This document shows, piece after piece, positions 26,933-39,135 of a DNA stretch of 64,000 nucleotides (its first letter is position 1; each line of letters begins with the position of its first letter). The notes below the pieces were generated by a model. The model was not told the origin of the DNA, did not search any database, and saw only the letters and a program-made list of their open reading frames with translations. Made by a program: the position numbers and the translations under genes. This DNA is from Octopus vulgaris (taxonomy: Eukaryota): assembly GCA_951406725.2 (NCBI GenBank), contig OX597815.1, positions 41,974,001-42,038,000 of the forward strand. The letters run 5' to 3'.

Positions 26933-27070
26933 GGCAAATTTACATGCAGCAACTTTTTGAAAAGAGATGCCATTTCATTCCTCTGTTCACTCTGATTCAC
27001 CACAGGAGTCTTGGAAAGAGTCACTGTAACAAATGGCCATTTAATGGCTTTCAACAAATCTTCAAACTCA
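26933..27070 (-). CDS. RINT1: RINT1 coding exon 4 (EFEDLLKAIKWPF...LLHVNLP)
   Basis: Acceptor atttgcag; donor CC|GTATCCTTT (U12-type); 138 nt, phase 2 to 2; WPF motif. Confidence 0.9.
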
Positions 27071-28825
27071 CTGCAAATATAAACAATATTATATATGTTA
27101 TATTATGTATTATATCATCATCATCATCATTTAAAGTCATTTTTACATGCTGGCATGGGTTGGACAGTTTGGTAGGAGCTAGCACGCCAGAAGACTGCAC
27201 CATGCTTCCCTGTCTGTTTTGACATGATTTCTATAGCCAGATGCTCTGACTAAAGCCAATATATTATATATTTATATATATAAAATATAAAGTGAGGATG
27301 CATGGCATAGAGGCTAGGGCGCTGCACTCATGATCACAAAATTGTGGTTCAATTCCTGGACAAAGTGGTGCATTGTGTTCTTCAGCAAAACACTTCGTTT
27401 CATGCTACTCTGCAATCACTTTGACAACTGATGTGCAGCACACTGTGCACTTCTACAGAAAATTTTAATTTGAAAAAGGGAGTGAGCCAAATTGTAGCAC
27501 AAACATTTGATCACTATAAGCAAATCATCTGTGCAGGTTGTCCTACAAAGAAATCGCAGAACCCTCATCGGTCATATGTGACAGGAGAGTTCACAATCAT
27601 CATCATCATTGTTTAATGTCTGCTCTCAATGCTGGCATAGGTTGGATAGATTGACACAGACCTGCCTGGACTTCAACTGTCTGTTGTGGCATGGTTTCTA
27701 TGGCTGGATGCCCTTCCTAATGGCAAACGCTTAGCAGAGTGTACTGGGTGCTTTTTACGTGTCACCATCATGAGTGCGTTTACATATCACCAACATGGGA
27801 GCATTAATGCAGCACCAGCACAGGTGCCTTTTAAGTGGTACCAGCACCTGGAAGGACAAACCTTCATGTGCAGAAGACAGAGATTTTATTTAGCTTGATG
27901 TGTCTTATCAAGTACAGCAAATTGCAACATCTCTTGGTCCCTTATTTCCTTAGTGAGGCTCAAATATTATATAACAGTATTATTTTTTCATCTTTTACTT
28001 GTTTCAGTCACTGGACTGTTACCATGTTGGGACACCATCTTAAAGGGCTGTTGTAGAACAAATCAATGCCAGTACTTACTTTATTGGCCTTTTTGCCAAA
28101 GCGATATTTCATGGGAACACAAACAAACCATCACCAGTTATCAAGTAGTAAGGGAACAAATATAGACACAAGGACAAACACACCACACAGTGGGCTTCTA
28201 GACAGTCTCTGTATATGAAATTCACTCACAAGACATTGGCTTGGGCTGTAGAAGACACTTGCCTAAGGTACTGCACAGTGAGACTGAACATGAGACCATA
28301 TGGTTGCAAAACAAGCTTCTTAACTACACAGCCATGCCTGTGCCTATTACGTACTATATTATGTAACCATAATCACTGTCATAATAGTTTCAAATTTTGG
28401 TACAGGGGTCATATGGACCCTGGTTGAGAACAACTGAGCTAGTGTTTGTGATGTGGACTGAACTGATGTTTGTTGGGCAGCATAATGGTTTGTGAGAAGT
28501 GACTGGCAAGGTGGGGTAGTGGAGTTAGCTGTAGTAGAAGGGAAGAAGGTTCAATAGTAGTGGGGCTATTTCAGTTGGAGTGAGAAATGGGGGTGTTTTG
28601 AATCCTGTGATATCACTGCAGGCAAAGTTTATTGGTACTGGTTTAAACAGACTGTTATTCGATGTGTCCTTCCTTTTTTAATACAGCAGAATGTATCTTG
28701 AAGATTTAGCTGCTACTTCTAGCTTGTTGAACTACTACACTGAGGATACCTCCACTTGAGATTTGTAGTTGTGGGATGGGTTTGGTGCAAGTTGCATTGG
28801 TTGTTAGTTGCTGGAGAGGCTAGAG

Positions 28826-29114
28826 CAGGGATTCCCAACATGGGGCTTACACCCCACTGGTGGAACATGAGAAAACTGTGGTGGGGCATAGAACCATAGT
28901 CGCCAGACACAAGGTTCTCATTAAAGTGATTCTTAGTCAATAATGTACTTTATTTGTACGCTGTACCTAAATGAGTTACTGGTAGATTCTTTTGTATTAG
29001 ATAACTGGGATAAAATATCAAAAATAAAATTGTTTTATCCCAACCACTAGTGGGGCATACATTTTTCTGGAAAGTTATAGTGGGGCTTGTGGGAAAATAG
29101 GTAAGGAAACACTT
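28826..29114. mobile_element. hAT (Charlie-like) MITE
   Basis: Begins CAGGGATTCCCAAC, ends GGTAAGGAAACACTT; perfect 8-bp TSD GGCTAGAG (28818-28825, 29115-29122). Confidence 0.75.
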
Positions 29115-29352
29115 GGCTAGAGTTTGTAATGTGGGCTGGACAGATGTCCGTGGGGCAGCATAGTAGTTTGTGAGAAGTAACTAGCAAGGTGGGGTAATGG
29201 TGTTGGCTGTACCAGAAGAGAAGAAGGCTTAACAGATGTGGGACTGTTTCAGTTGGAGTGGGAAGGGTGGTGGGGTTTGGACACTGTGATATCACTGTGG
29301 GCAAAGTTGACAAGTAGTGGTTTAAATAGGAAATTACATTAGTTTCTCTTAC

Positions 29353-29526
29353 CTGGCAAACTTGTTTTTGAGTATTTTGTACCAAAACAAAATTGTGTTT
29401 CTGTGAAACCGAAGTAGATTTTCACAACTAGATATTTCTAATTCTGTGTATAAAGTAGTCATTTCTTGGAATGCTTCAACTGCATCCTGGGCATTTTCTA
29501 CAAGTAGTGACGTCTGGATGGAAGAA
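29353..29526 (-). CDS. RINT1: RINT1 coding exon 3 (SSIQTSLL...FWYKILKNKFA)
   Basis: Acceptor aattttag, donor AG|GTAAG; 174 nt, phase 2 to 2. Confidence 0.92.
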
Positions 29527-29955
29527 CTAAAATTAAATGAAAAGAACAAAAAATAATCTTGAAATTTTCAATTTAGGATTTAAATAATTGGAATTTAACT
29601 TATCATCATCATCATCACTTAATGTCCACTTTTCTATTCTTACAAGGATCAGCTGGAATTTATTGATGCAGATCTTCTACAGCTAGATACCCTTCCTGTT
29701 GCTAAACTTGTTTCCAAATAAGATGAGATTTCCCTATGGCCTGTCATTGTTTCCATTGAAAAGCAGAAACAAAAAAACACTACTTGCATACTGGTGACAC
29801 TTGTCTGCAACTATTGAATGATGTCAACACAAGGAGACAGTTAAACACACACACATACATACAAATATATAGTAGTGGACAATAAGGGGAGCACTACATG
29901 GTCACTCAATCTATGAGAAATAGCAGCCAACTTTCCCTCAAACCACACCCTATCA

Positions 29956-30339
29956 TCTCTCTATATATAAACGGCAGTTTGTCTGTGTGTGTTTCTGTGT
30001 GTCTGTTAGGTTGTACCCTCACCCTGACCACGGCTTTCAACTGATTCTGATGAAACTTGACACACACATAGCCCAATGTCATAATTCAAAACTAACGCAG
30101 CGAAAATTTTGAAAAGTTCCCCCAGTTCTGAAAAAATCGATAAATTCGACATGGGGTCGAGAATCAGAAACACAAACCACAGACTGTCTAGGGGACGTAA
30201 CTCCACCTTTTTAACTCTCAAAAATAAATTTACCATAATTTTTTTCCCATTTTTTTGCTATTTTTTGGCTATAACTCTCTAAAAATGCTTTATAGTTATT
30301 TCCCTTACAAACCCGAGCAACGCCGGGCGATACTGCTAG
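29956..30339 (+). mobile_element. Non-autonomous Helitron
   Basis: A|TC...TATATATAA 5' end; subterminal hairpin CCCGAGCAACGCCGGG; 3' CTAG|T; no TSD. Confidence 0.85.
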
Positions 30340-33300
30340 TACTAAATAAGAGGAGGACACATCAGATAATACAGTCCTAGATATAACACTATCAAGACAG
30401 GGATAGTCATGGCTAGAACACCTTTTATCACAAGTTCACCTGATCAAAGTTCTTTTGGAACTAAACAACTATTTCTGAGAAGTGAATGTATTGATTGTTT
30501 TTTCTTTTTTTTTTTTTATTTAAAATATATACTACATTGCACTGGAATTTGGGCTCAAAAAAAAAAAAAAAAGCCCAACAGGTGAACCAAAAGTTTACAA
30601 TAGAGAAAGTAACAAGAGATGATGATGTATTCATTTTTGAAATCTTGTTTTCCATACCCTGAGATCAGTGCTGATAGTAGCTTCCAGAAGACTGTTCCAT
30701 ATATAAACAGCTGAGTGTAGAAAGCACCAATCCAGTATGTGGGTCTTGGAATTAGATATCAAGAGTGTTTATAAAGCCTTTCATCTGGGGGTGACAGTAT
30801 AGCCCAGATGGGTTATTTACAACTTGTAGAGTAACATTGCATTGTAGACTGCTGATGCCAACTGCACAGACTTCCAGGGCTTTCTTTTGGAAAGAGTTGA
30901 GTTGAGTTGATGAGTGCACTTTTACTTGTTTGTCATTGGATTGTGGGCATGCTGTGGCACATTCTTGAAGAGTTTAGTTGAACAAATTGACCCTAGTACT
31001 TAACTTTTAAGTCTGGTACTTATTTTATCGGTCACTTTTGGCAAACCACAAAGTTACAGGGATATAAAACAAATCAACACCGGTAGCCAAGCAGTGGTTG
31101 TGCCAAACACAAATAAAAATGTGTGTGTGTGTGTGTGTTTGACTAGGCACAGGCGTGGCTGTGTGGTTTGAAGTTTGCTTCCCAATGAATGATATGATTT
31201 TGGGTTCACTCCTATTACATGACGCCCTGGGCAAAGCGTCTTCTACCATAACTTTGGGCCAACCAAGGCATTGTGAGTGGATTTGGTAGGCAGAAACTGA
31301 AAGAAGCCCATCATATGAGTGTGTGCATGTGTATTCATGTCTGTGTTTGTCCCTGACCAATGCTTGTCAACTGGTGTTGGCATGTTTACATCTCCATAAC
31401 TTAGCAATTTGGCAAAAGATGCTGATAGCATAAGTACCAGGCTTAAAAAGAAAGTAAGTATTGGGGTTGATTAGTTTGACAAAAATTCCTCAAAGCAGTG
31501 CTCCAGCATGGTCACAGTCTAATGACTGAAACAAGTAAAATATAAAATGATAAAGGTAAACATGTATGTTGTCAATGAAAGAATTTTGTTAATCTTGTTT
31601 CAGATTTCAACTAATTGATTTTTGCAACATTTATCAGGGCAAATTTTGACACCAGGCGAGCAATTTTTTAGTGGGGAGGCTGTAAATGAATTACATTGAC
31701 CCCAGTAATAACAATTTTTTAACTGGTTGTGACCTAGTAGACCTACAACATTTCTTGTTACAAGCTGAAAAGAGTGAATACAATACACAGCAGTTAGTCT
31801 GACGCTTTCTCACAAAACTTAGTTACCATCATTTATAAAGAATTTAAAAACAAGGGAATAACAACTGCCAAGAAGGAAGAGCATTTTTTTCCAAGGAGAT
31901 CTGATGAAAATGAATGAATCAACTGCTGAAACTCTGAAAAATAAAACCATGAACTTATAATCAATGATAAAAGCTAACATAAACTAATCTAATATAGCTA
32001 GGATGGAAAGCCAAGAAGAAAGTGCGTCATCAAAGGAGAAAGGAAATATATAACAAAAGAGTAGATTAATGCAGCTGTGATAACTTTTGCTAACATATTG
32101 TATTATTGCTTTCTATGATCTACAGAAATGCCAAGGATGTTTAGATGTAAGTGTGGCAATGAACAGATTAAAAAAGTAAGGGCAAGGCAATTCAACTGAT
32201 AAGATGATCATGCAACTATCAGAAATCTAAATATAGGAGGTTTTGGACATTAGCCAATATTCTGGCATCAATCCCAAAAAGTTGAGATACCAAGAAGTGC
32301 TACACTGGGCGGTGTCTTCAATGAGCAAATCTGTGCAAAGAAAAGAATTTTCTTATGTAGAAATGATGGCTTAGATTTATAGGAAAAATGAGAAATCATG
32401 ACGTTCATGCTTTTCCAATGGGTTCCGAGTAATAATGGTTTCAAATCTCCCACATAGCAAATCTATTGGCTTAGAAAAGAGAAGGACAACTGAACAATGT
32501 AATACTACATATACTAGTAGTAGTAAAACACTGTCTCAAGCCCTAGGACTCAAATGGCCAGTTACCCAGTATCCATGACATAAGTGACTAAGATCACAAC
32601 CCACCCACTGAGTGAGATGCCAGTCATTGCAGAGTTACTCATTCACAGCTAAGTGGACTGGAGCAATGTGAAATGAAGTGTTTTGGTCAAGAACACAATG
32701 CATTGCCACCCAGTCAGAGAATCAAAACTATAATCTTGTGATTATGGATGCAAAACTGCCCACCACTGACTACTAGACAACATACCTCCCCTACATTATT
32801 TATAATGTAGTCCTAGATACTCCTCAAAAAGGTGGGATAGTGACAACCTGAATGATGTATTTCAAAGATTGGTTCAATCAGGGTAGACTTGAGGGTTAAA
32901 CAGCAGCTGGATTCTGCTGAGAGGAAATACAGCTGAATTGCAGATTATTAATAGGATTTTAATAGAATAAAATGATTGAAACAGAAGGGTCCTGAACTAA
33001 CAGTTTGTATGTTACAAGCTCATCTCTGTAGTCAGCAAGTGTGTATGTGTGTGTGTGTGTAATACTACATTTATATTTCATGTTGCAATTCATGAACAGT
33101 GTCATTGATCACAGATTTCTGATGAGCCAAGCATTGGTTCACTACATTTCTAATGGCAAGAATGAGAAGGGAATGTGTCAACTTATCCAGCAAACATCAT
33201 TCTTAAAGCACTTATTTAAAAAAAAATTCCTCAATGGTGTTTATATCCAGCACCAATATAAATTGGAAAAGGACACACACACGCATATATCTATAATAGG

Positions 33301-34119
33301 CTCTCTTACTCATTTGCCTACCAAATATTCTACTCACAACATAGTGAAACTCAAAAGAATGAGATAAGACTTGTCCAAAGTACCTAACAATAGGACTGAA
33401 CCTGAAACCATGTTGTTACAAAGCAAACTCTTTAAACACACAGCCATACCTGAACAGGATAATTTACACATTTATATCCACCAAGTTACCAGAAATCTAC
33501 CCCATTTCTGAGAACATTCTTAGACCTCCTCACTATCAGCAAAAACAGAGATTAAAAAGTCTACTGCAGTGTAGTATTCACCTCTAGAAAATCTAGTAAA
33601 TATTTCATTCAAAAGGTAACTTCATATGTCTGTGTGTAGACACCCACCATAATGGCAGTGAACAGCTGTGGTTAATACAATTTTGAAGATTCTTACTGTT
33701 ATATCTATACACCTACAAGCATAAACTGGTAAACAAAACAAGTCAACTGCAAAGCCTCTCTCTGCTACAAATGGCAATCAAATCTCCCTCACAACGAATC
33801 TACTGTCTTAGAAAAGTGAAGAACAACTGAACAATGTAATCCTACATATACTGTCTCAAGCCCTAGGACTCAAATGACCAGTTGCTCAGTTTCCATGACA
33901 TATAAACAACTAAGATCATAATACACCAACTGAGTGTCCATTGCAGGGTTACCCATTTACAGATAAGTGAATTGAAGCAATATGAAATTAAGTGTTTTGC
34001 TCAAAAAAACAATGCATTGCTACCTAGTTAGGGAATTGAAACCACAATCTTGTGATTATTGGTGCAAACTCTCCACTGCTGACTACTAAACAATATACCT
34101 TCTCAACACATACTACATA

Positions 34120-34535
34120 TAATAATAATAATAATAATGAAATTATTGTATACAGTGCTCAGGAGCACCACAACTTGTCAAAAGTGCGTATAAAGCATAT
34201 GCAGTAATGTACAAATGTCTGGAAAGTGAACAGTGTATGAGTCAGATACATGCTTGCGTGTGTATGGAGGGGAGAAAATCAGGTGTAGTTTTGGCGAATC
34301 TCAGGGAGCATGGAAGTTTTGAAGGATGCAGTGCTCCGAAAACAAACAACTGATGCCAGCAGTTTGTTCCATACTTCAGCAACTCTTAGCGTAAAAAAAT
34401 GTTTCCGAAAGTCATAGGAGCTGTGCTGTTTTCTGACTTTGTAAACATGTCCATGGGTGTTAGACAGGTGGAGTTTGAAAAGGTGCTCAGAATTATTGTT
34501 TGTAAGATGGTTAATAATTTTATGGGTGCCTGCCC
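34120..34535 (-). mobile_element. CR1/L2-type LINE 3' end
   Basis: NTHGHVYKVRK...RKHFFTLRVAEVWNKL...ASFK matches the CR1 ORF2 C-terminal pattern; (TAT)n tail. Confidence 0.85.
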
Positions 34536-34654
34536 ATATAAAAGACAGGATGGTCAAGAGTGGAATGCCTGATTGTAGCTCTACTCAGTCAATCTTAGCC
34601 TAGGGCTAAACAACAATAACTGGTGAAGAAAAAAAAGGAAGAATAAGTAAATAC

Positions 34655-34896
34655 CTTAATTCATCTATTTTGGCTATTAGCCCAAAATACTGTGTATATC
34701 GACTTAGTTCATCAACTTGACTTGTGATCTGGGAAAGCTCCTCAAAGAGAGGTTCCATCAGCTTTGTGTGCTTCTCAATCTCATCATGCAACGATATTTC
34801 TTCACTGCAGAATGACTTCACCCGAGATTGTGCAGCTTCAGCATTACTAATAGCTTTCTTGATCTCACTTGGGACTTCAGTACTGGCCAACGATAG
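34655..34896 (-). CDS. RINT1: RINT1 coding exon 2 (LSLASTEVPSEIKK...IAKIDEL)
   Basis: Acceptor ttttcttcag, donor AG|GTAT; 242 nt, phase 0 to 2; coiled-coil-like N-terminal region; overlaps ORF 34606..34890. Confidence 0.9.
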
Positions 34897-35256
34897 CTGA
34901 AGAAAATAAACAAAAAAAGATCAAATAAGTTTCTGAAGAAGGCAAAAGAAATGCTGATTTTTCTTTAAGTACATGTTTTTATTGTGATTTTTTTAACTGA
35001 GGAATATCAGATAAGTTCTAGACAATGTACAAAAGTTGATAAAACTAACTAAAACCCAGTAAAATGATAATAATAATAATATTCCTTTGTACTCTAGGCA
35101 CAAGGCCTGAAATTTTGGGGGAGAGGGCTAGTTATTTCACTGGTACTTATTTAATCGACCCCGAAAGGATGAAGGGCAAAGCTGACCTAGGTAGAACTTG
35201 AACACAGAATGTGAAGACAGATGAAGTGCCGCTAAGAATTTTGCCAACTTGCCACC

Positions 35257-35288
<32 letters not shown>

Positions 35289-37318
35289 CCTTTCTGCTAT
35301 AGGTACAAGGCCTGAATTTTGAGGGCGGGAGATATTCGATTACACTGACCCCAGTACACAACTGGTACTTAATTTATTGACCCCAAAAGATGAAAAGCAA
35401 AATCGACATCGGCAGAATAAAAATAATAATAATAATAATAATAACAATTTCAAATTTTTTTCCACAAGGGCAGCTTGGAATAGTGCATAACTGATATTTT
35501 TTTTTAATTGACTCCAAAAGGATGAAAGTCAAAGTCGACTTCAGCAGAATAATACTAATAATAATAATACATAAAGCATTTCAGTACAGTGAAAATAGTA
35601 CCAAACCAAACCAAACCAAACTACAGCACATACCCAAGGCACATAGAGCTGCACTCAGTAGTGCGTAGTGCAGTGAAAGCATGTAATAAAAATAAGACTA
35701 CTGAATAATGATAATAATATTATTGTAGCAAACTGGCCCAAAAGCACTTAGCAGAGGAGGCACGACTATGTGGCGAAGTTTGTTCACTGGAGACTATGTG
35801 AAAAAAAAGTACAGTCTTGGAAGAGCATGAAAATGGTACAGGTATACCAAATAAAGTTTTGGAACAAAATTGGTTTGGTCAAAACAAAATTAAACCTCAC
35901 TCACAATATAAAGAAAAAACTCAAATATCTGCGATAAGGCCAAGTATAAGGCAATGGGAGAAAGAAAATAGAAACAAAAAAGATGTTTAAAGAATATAAT
36001 AATGAATGGGCCTTATGTAACTAACAACAGTCTATTAATTTGAAACACCCAACTTTTATACTTCCTTTTGCTTGATACCTCAATACTTTTTGAATAACGA
36101 AATAAAAATTAATTAATTTTTTTATGTTTAAATTTTTAAAAACAAATTTTATATCCATTTTACCATTACATATTTTGAGTCTTAATTTGTTTTTCCCATT
36201 TGATGACAAAATTTCTTTAATCCTTTAGTATTTAAACCGGGCCATATCCAATTCAAGTATTCTGTTTTCTGTTAAAACTAGCCAAATCTAGACACTCACA
36301 ACTACACTACAATGTCATTCTAAAAGTAAGTAATCGCATCATAAAAATTTTGAAGCTATAAAACAATAAATGATTAATTCTAAACAATGTGAATAATTAA
36401 GCATTTCTGGTCTGATGATCACTTTTTAAATGATCAGAGCACCTTACGAAATTCATTAATCTTTTAGCATTCAATGTCCCTCTGTCAGAAATGTAATGCT
36501 TATTAATCCTGCATTATCTCATAGCTTTGAAATTTCATTGATATGATTGCCAGTGGCACGTAAAAGCACCCACTACACTCTCGGAGTGGTTGGCGTTAGG
36601 AAGGGCATCCAGCTGTAGAGACTCTGCCAGATCAAGATTGAAGCCTGGTGCAGCCATCTGGTTCGCCAGCCCTCAGTCATTCGTCCTACCCATGCTAGCA
36701 TGGAAAGCAGACGTTAAACAATGATGATGAATGATGAATGCTAAAGGGTTAATGAAAATATCTAACTTAATGATTTAGATATCTACAGCTTACTTTTCAA
36801 TCTCGATAGTGTAGTTGGTAAGTTTGTTGAAGAGGTAGAGAGAGAAAAAAAAATAAGAAACACACTGAGACAAGCAGAATAACAGGTTATGTGTAAAAAC
36901 ACCTGTAGTCACAAACAGTTAATTTAGTAATTTCCTGCAAACAACCTCAGGCCCAACATCATTTTTCTCAAACAAAATATTTTCCTTATCTTAACGCTAC
37001 ACAATATTGTGTTGCAGGAATTTTTTCAGTTTTAGAGCTACACTGGATATCAAAAAAATTAGATCACTGGGAAAGTAACAGATGGTGTTCCACCTATTAA
37101 GCAATAGTGCAAAAACTTCTTCATTGTTACTTGATAATTGCAAGAAGTAGTAGACAAATTTCCCTCATATCACACCCTGTGGTCATAAAAACGGGAAGGA
37201 CACATTAGATAGTGTAGTATTGGATATATAAAATCAGCGTGTCAAAATTGGAATGTCTTTGATAACAGGTTTGCTTGATCAGAGCCAACTTGGGCCAAAA
37301 CAACAACTATGGATAACA

Positions 37319-38305
37319 TCTATATAATAATCTGTTTGTTCGTTCACCCATTATACTTTAGTTAGAGTTGGAGGTGGAGAAAAACTATATGAGAAAGAGA
37401 GGTAAGGAGTGTGAGGAGAGAAGAATGAAGTGAGGAAGAAGTAGAGAAATAGGTATAATAAAGCCAAATGCGACAGGTGGTTAATTGAAGGGAGAAGCGA
37501 AGAGCAAGAGAAGAGACAGTGAGAGAAAAGAAGGAGAGAGAAGTGTTAACGGTGTGCTGTAGGGTGGGGAGGGAAAGGTAAAGAGATATGTTTAGGATAC
37601 AATATTTAGCAGAGGGCAATGTTCTGGTGGTGAGGTTAAAGAAAGGTGGATAAGGTGATGGGCAGGAGAGGCGGTTACATTGAGAGAGAGTTAGTAGATG
37701 TGAGAGGTGAAGAGAAAGAGAGAAATGTTTAAAACATGAAGATGGGAATTACATGGTTAAAAAGTTTGTTGAAGACATAGAGAGAAAGAGAGAAACCTTA
37801 AGAGCTTAGAAGGAAATTTTAAAATATATTATTGTGACTGGAAGTGAAATACTTGGCAAAGTAAAAATGCAGATAATTTCTTTCTTAAATAGCTTCTAAT
37901 CTTTTTCGTTCTGTGGAATTTTCACGGACTTGCTAGTCTTCGCCTTCGACTTGTTCGTTCGTTCGTTCACACGTTACGCTTTAGTTTGTGAGAGGAGTGG
38001 AGTGAGAGGAGAGAGAATGAGGGAGGGGGAGTGAGTGAGACAGCAGATGGTCAACCGATGCAGTACGCTTTTAGTGGAAGTGAGAGTGAACAGCCACGAA
38101 GAAGGGAATTACATGGTTTAAAAGTTTGTTGAAGAGAAAGAGAGACACTAAGTCTTTAGCAGAGGGATATTTTAAAATCATATACTATATTATCGTGACT
38201 GTAGGTGAAATAACTTAGTAAAATAAAAATTAAAATCATCCTTTCTTCCTTAAATAGCTTCGCTTAATTTTTTTCGTTCCGTGGAATTTCCACGGGTCCC
38301 GCTAG
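37319..38305 (+). mobile_element. Two tandem non-autonomous Helitron units (37319-37936 and 37937-38305)
   Basis: A|TCTATATAATAA start; each unit ends with a CCGTGGAATTTCCACGG-type hairpin and CTAG|T; the units share 5' and 3' blocks around purine-rich middles. Confidence 0.85.
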
Positions 38306-38571
38306 TATTAATAAGATTCTGCGTGTCATGACATGTGTTCGAATGTTACGTCATGTTTTTGAAGGGAAATAACCCAGTTCAAACTATTATAGTTAGGCAG
38401 AATGTAAAACACAAAATAAGGGATTCATTCTAGTTTGTCTTTTAACTTTTTACATTTCTGAAAATTTTTTTGCTCTAAAAATTTCATTCACGTCTACACT
38501 GTCTTTTCATAGCTATGTATATTTTTGCATTGCAAACATCGTTCTCAGTTACCATGTAAACACCCTTCACT

Positions 38572-39135
38572 ATGGAACGAAATCGAAAACTTGCAGCAAC
38601 AAGAGAACGGATGAGACGGTACAGGCAAAGGATTAAAGACGAACAAAGAGAAGATGTAAAAGAAAGGATGAGACGAAATCAACGGATAAGACGAGCCAAC
38701 ATGAGTGAGCTTGATCGTGCCAAGTACCTACAGTATCAAAGAGAACGTCAACAAATACGAAGAGCAAAAATGAGCGATGAACAGCGAGCTGTCTATCTAC
38801 GAAAACAACGAGAGAGAGGGCAAGCGCGACGAAAGAACATGAGCGAAAAACAACAGACAGAATATAAGGAAAGACACAGAGAAAGGAATCGAATACGACG
38901 AGAAAACATGACCGAAGAACAGTTGATCAATTTAAGAAACGATCAAAGAATAAGACAACGCCAGAAACGATCTGGTGCTCGTGTGATACGGCAACAGAAT
39001 GAACAAATTACAACTGAATCCGACAGTATCGGAGAAACGGACAGATCAAGTTCTGATTGTGATTCTTTGAGAATCAGAAATGAGCCTCCAAACAGTTGTC
39101 ATAACGGTAAAGTTCGACTTCTTTCTCTTGGTTAA
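38572..39135 (+). CDS. Intact 187-aa ORF of five 23-aa STPR-like repeats, resembling a Helitron Rep/Hel N-terminus; antisense within RINT1 intron 1
   Basis: 23-aa period (RRANMSELDRAKYLQYQRERQQI / RRAKMSDEQRAVYLRKQRERGQA / RRKNMSEKQQTEYKERHRERNRI / RRENMTEEQLINLRNDQRIRQRQ); C-terminal EPPNSCHNGKVRL resembles the Helitron CCxxGKVxL motif; Kozak actATGG. Confidence 0.6.
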   Translation: MERNRKLAATRERMRRYRQRIKDEQREDVKERMRRNQRIRRANMSELDRAKYLQYQRERQQIRRAKMSDEQRAVYLRKQRERGQARRKNMSEKQQTEYKERHRERNRIRRENMTEEQLINLRNDQRIRQRQKRSGARVIRQQNEQITTESDSIGETDRSSSDCDSLRIRNEPPNSCHNGKVRLLSLG

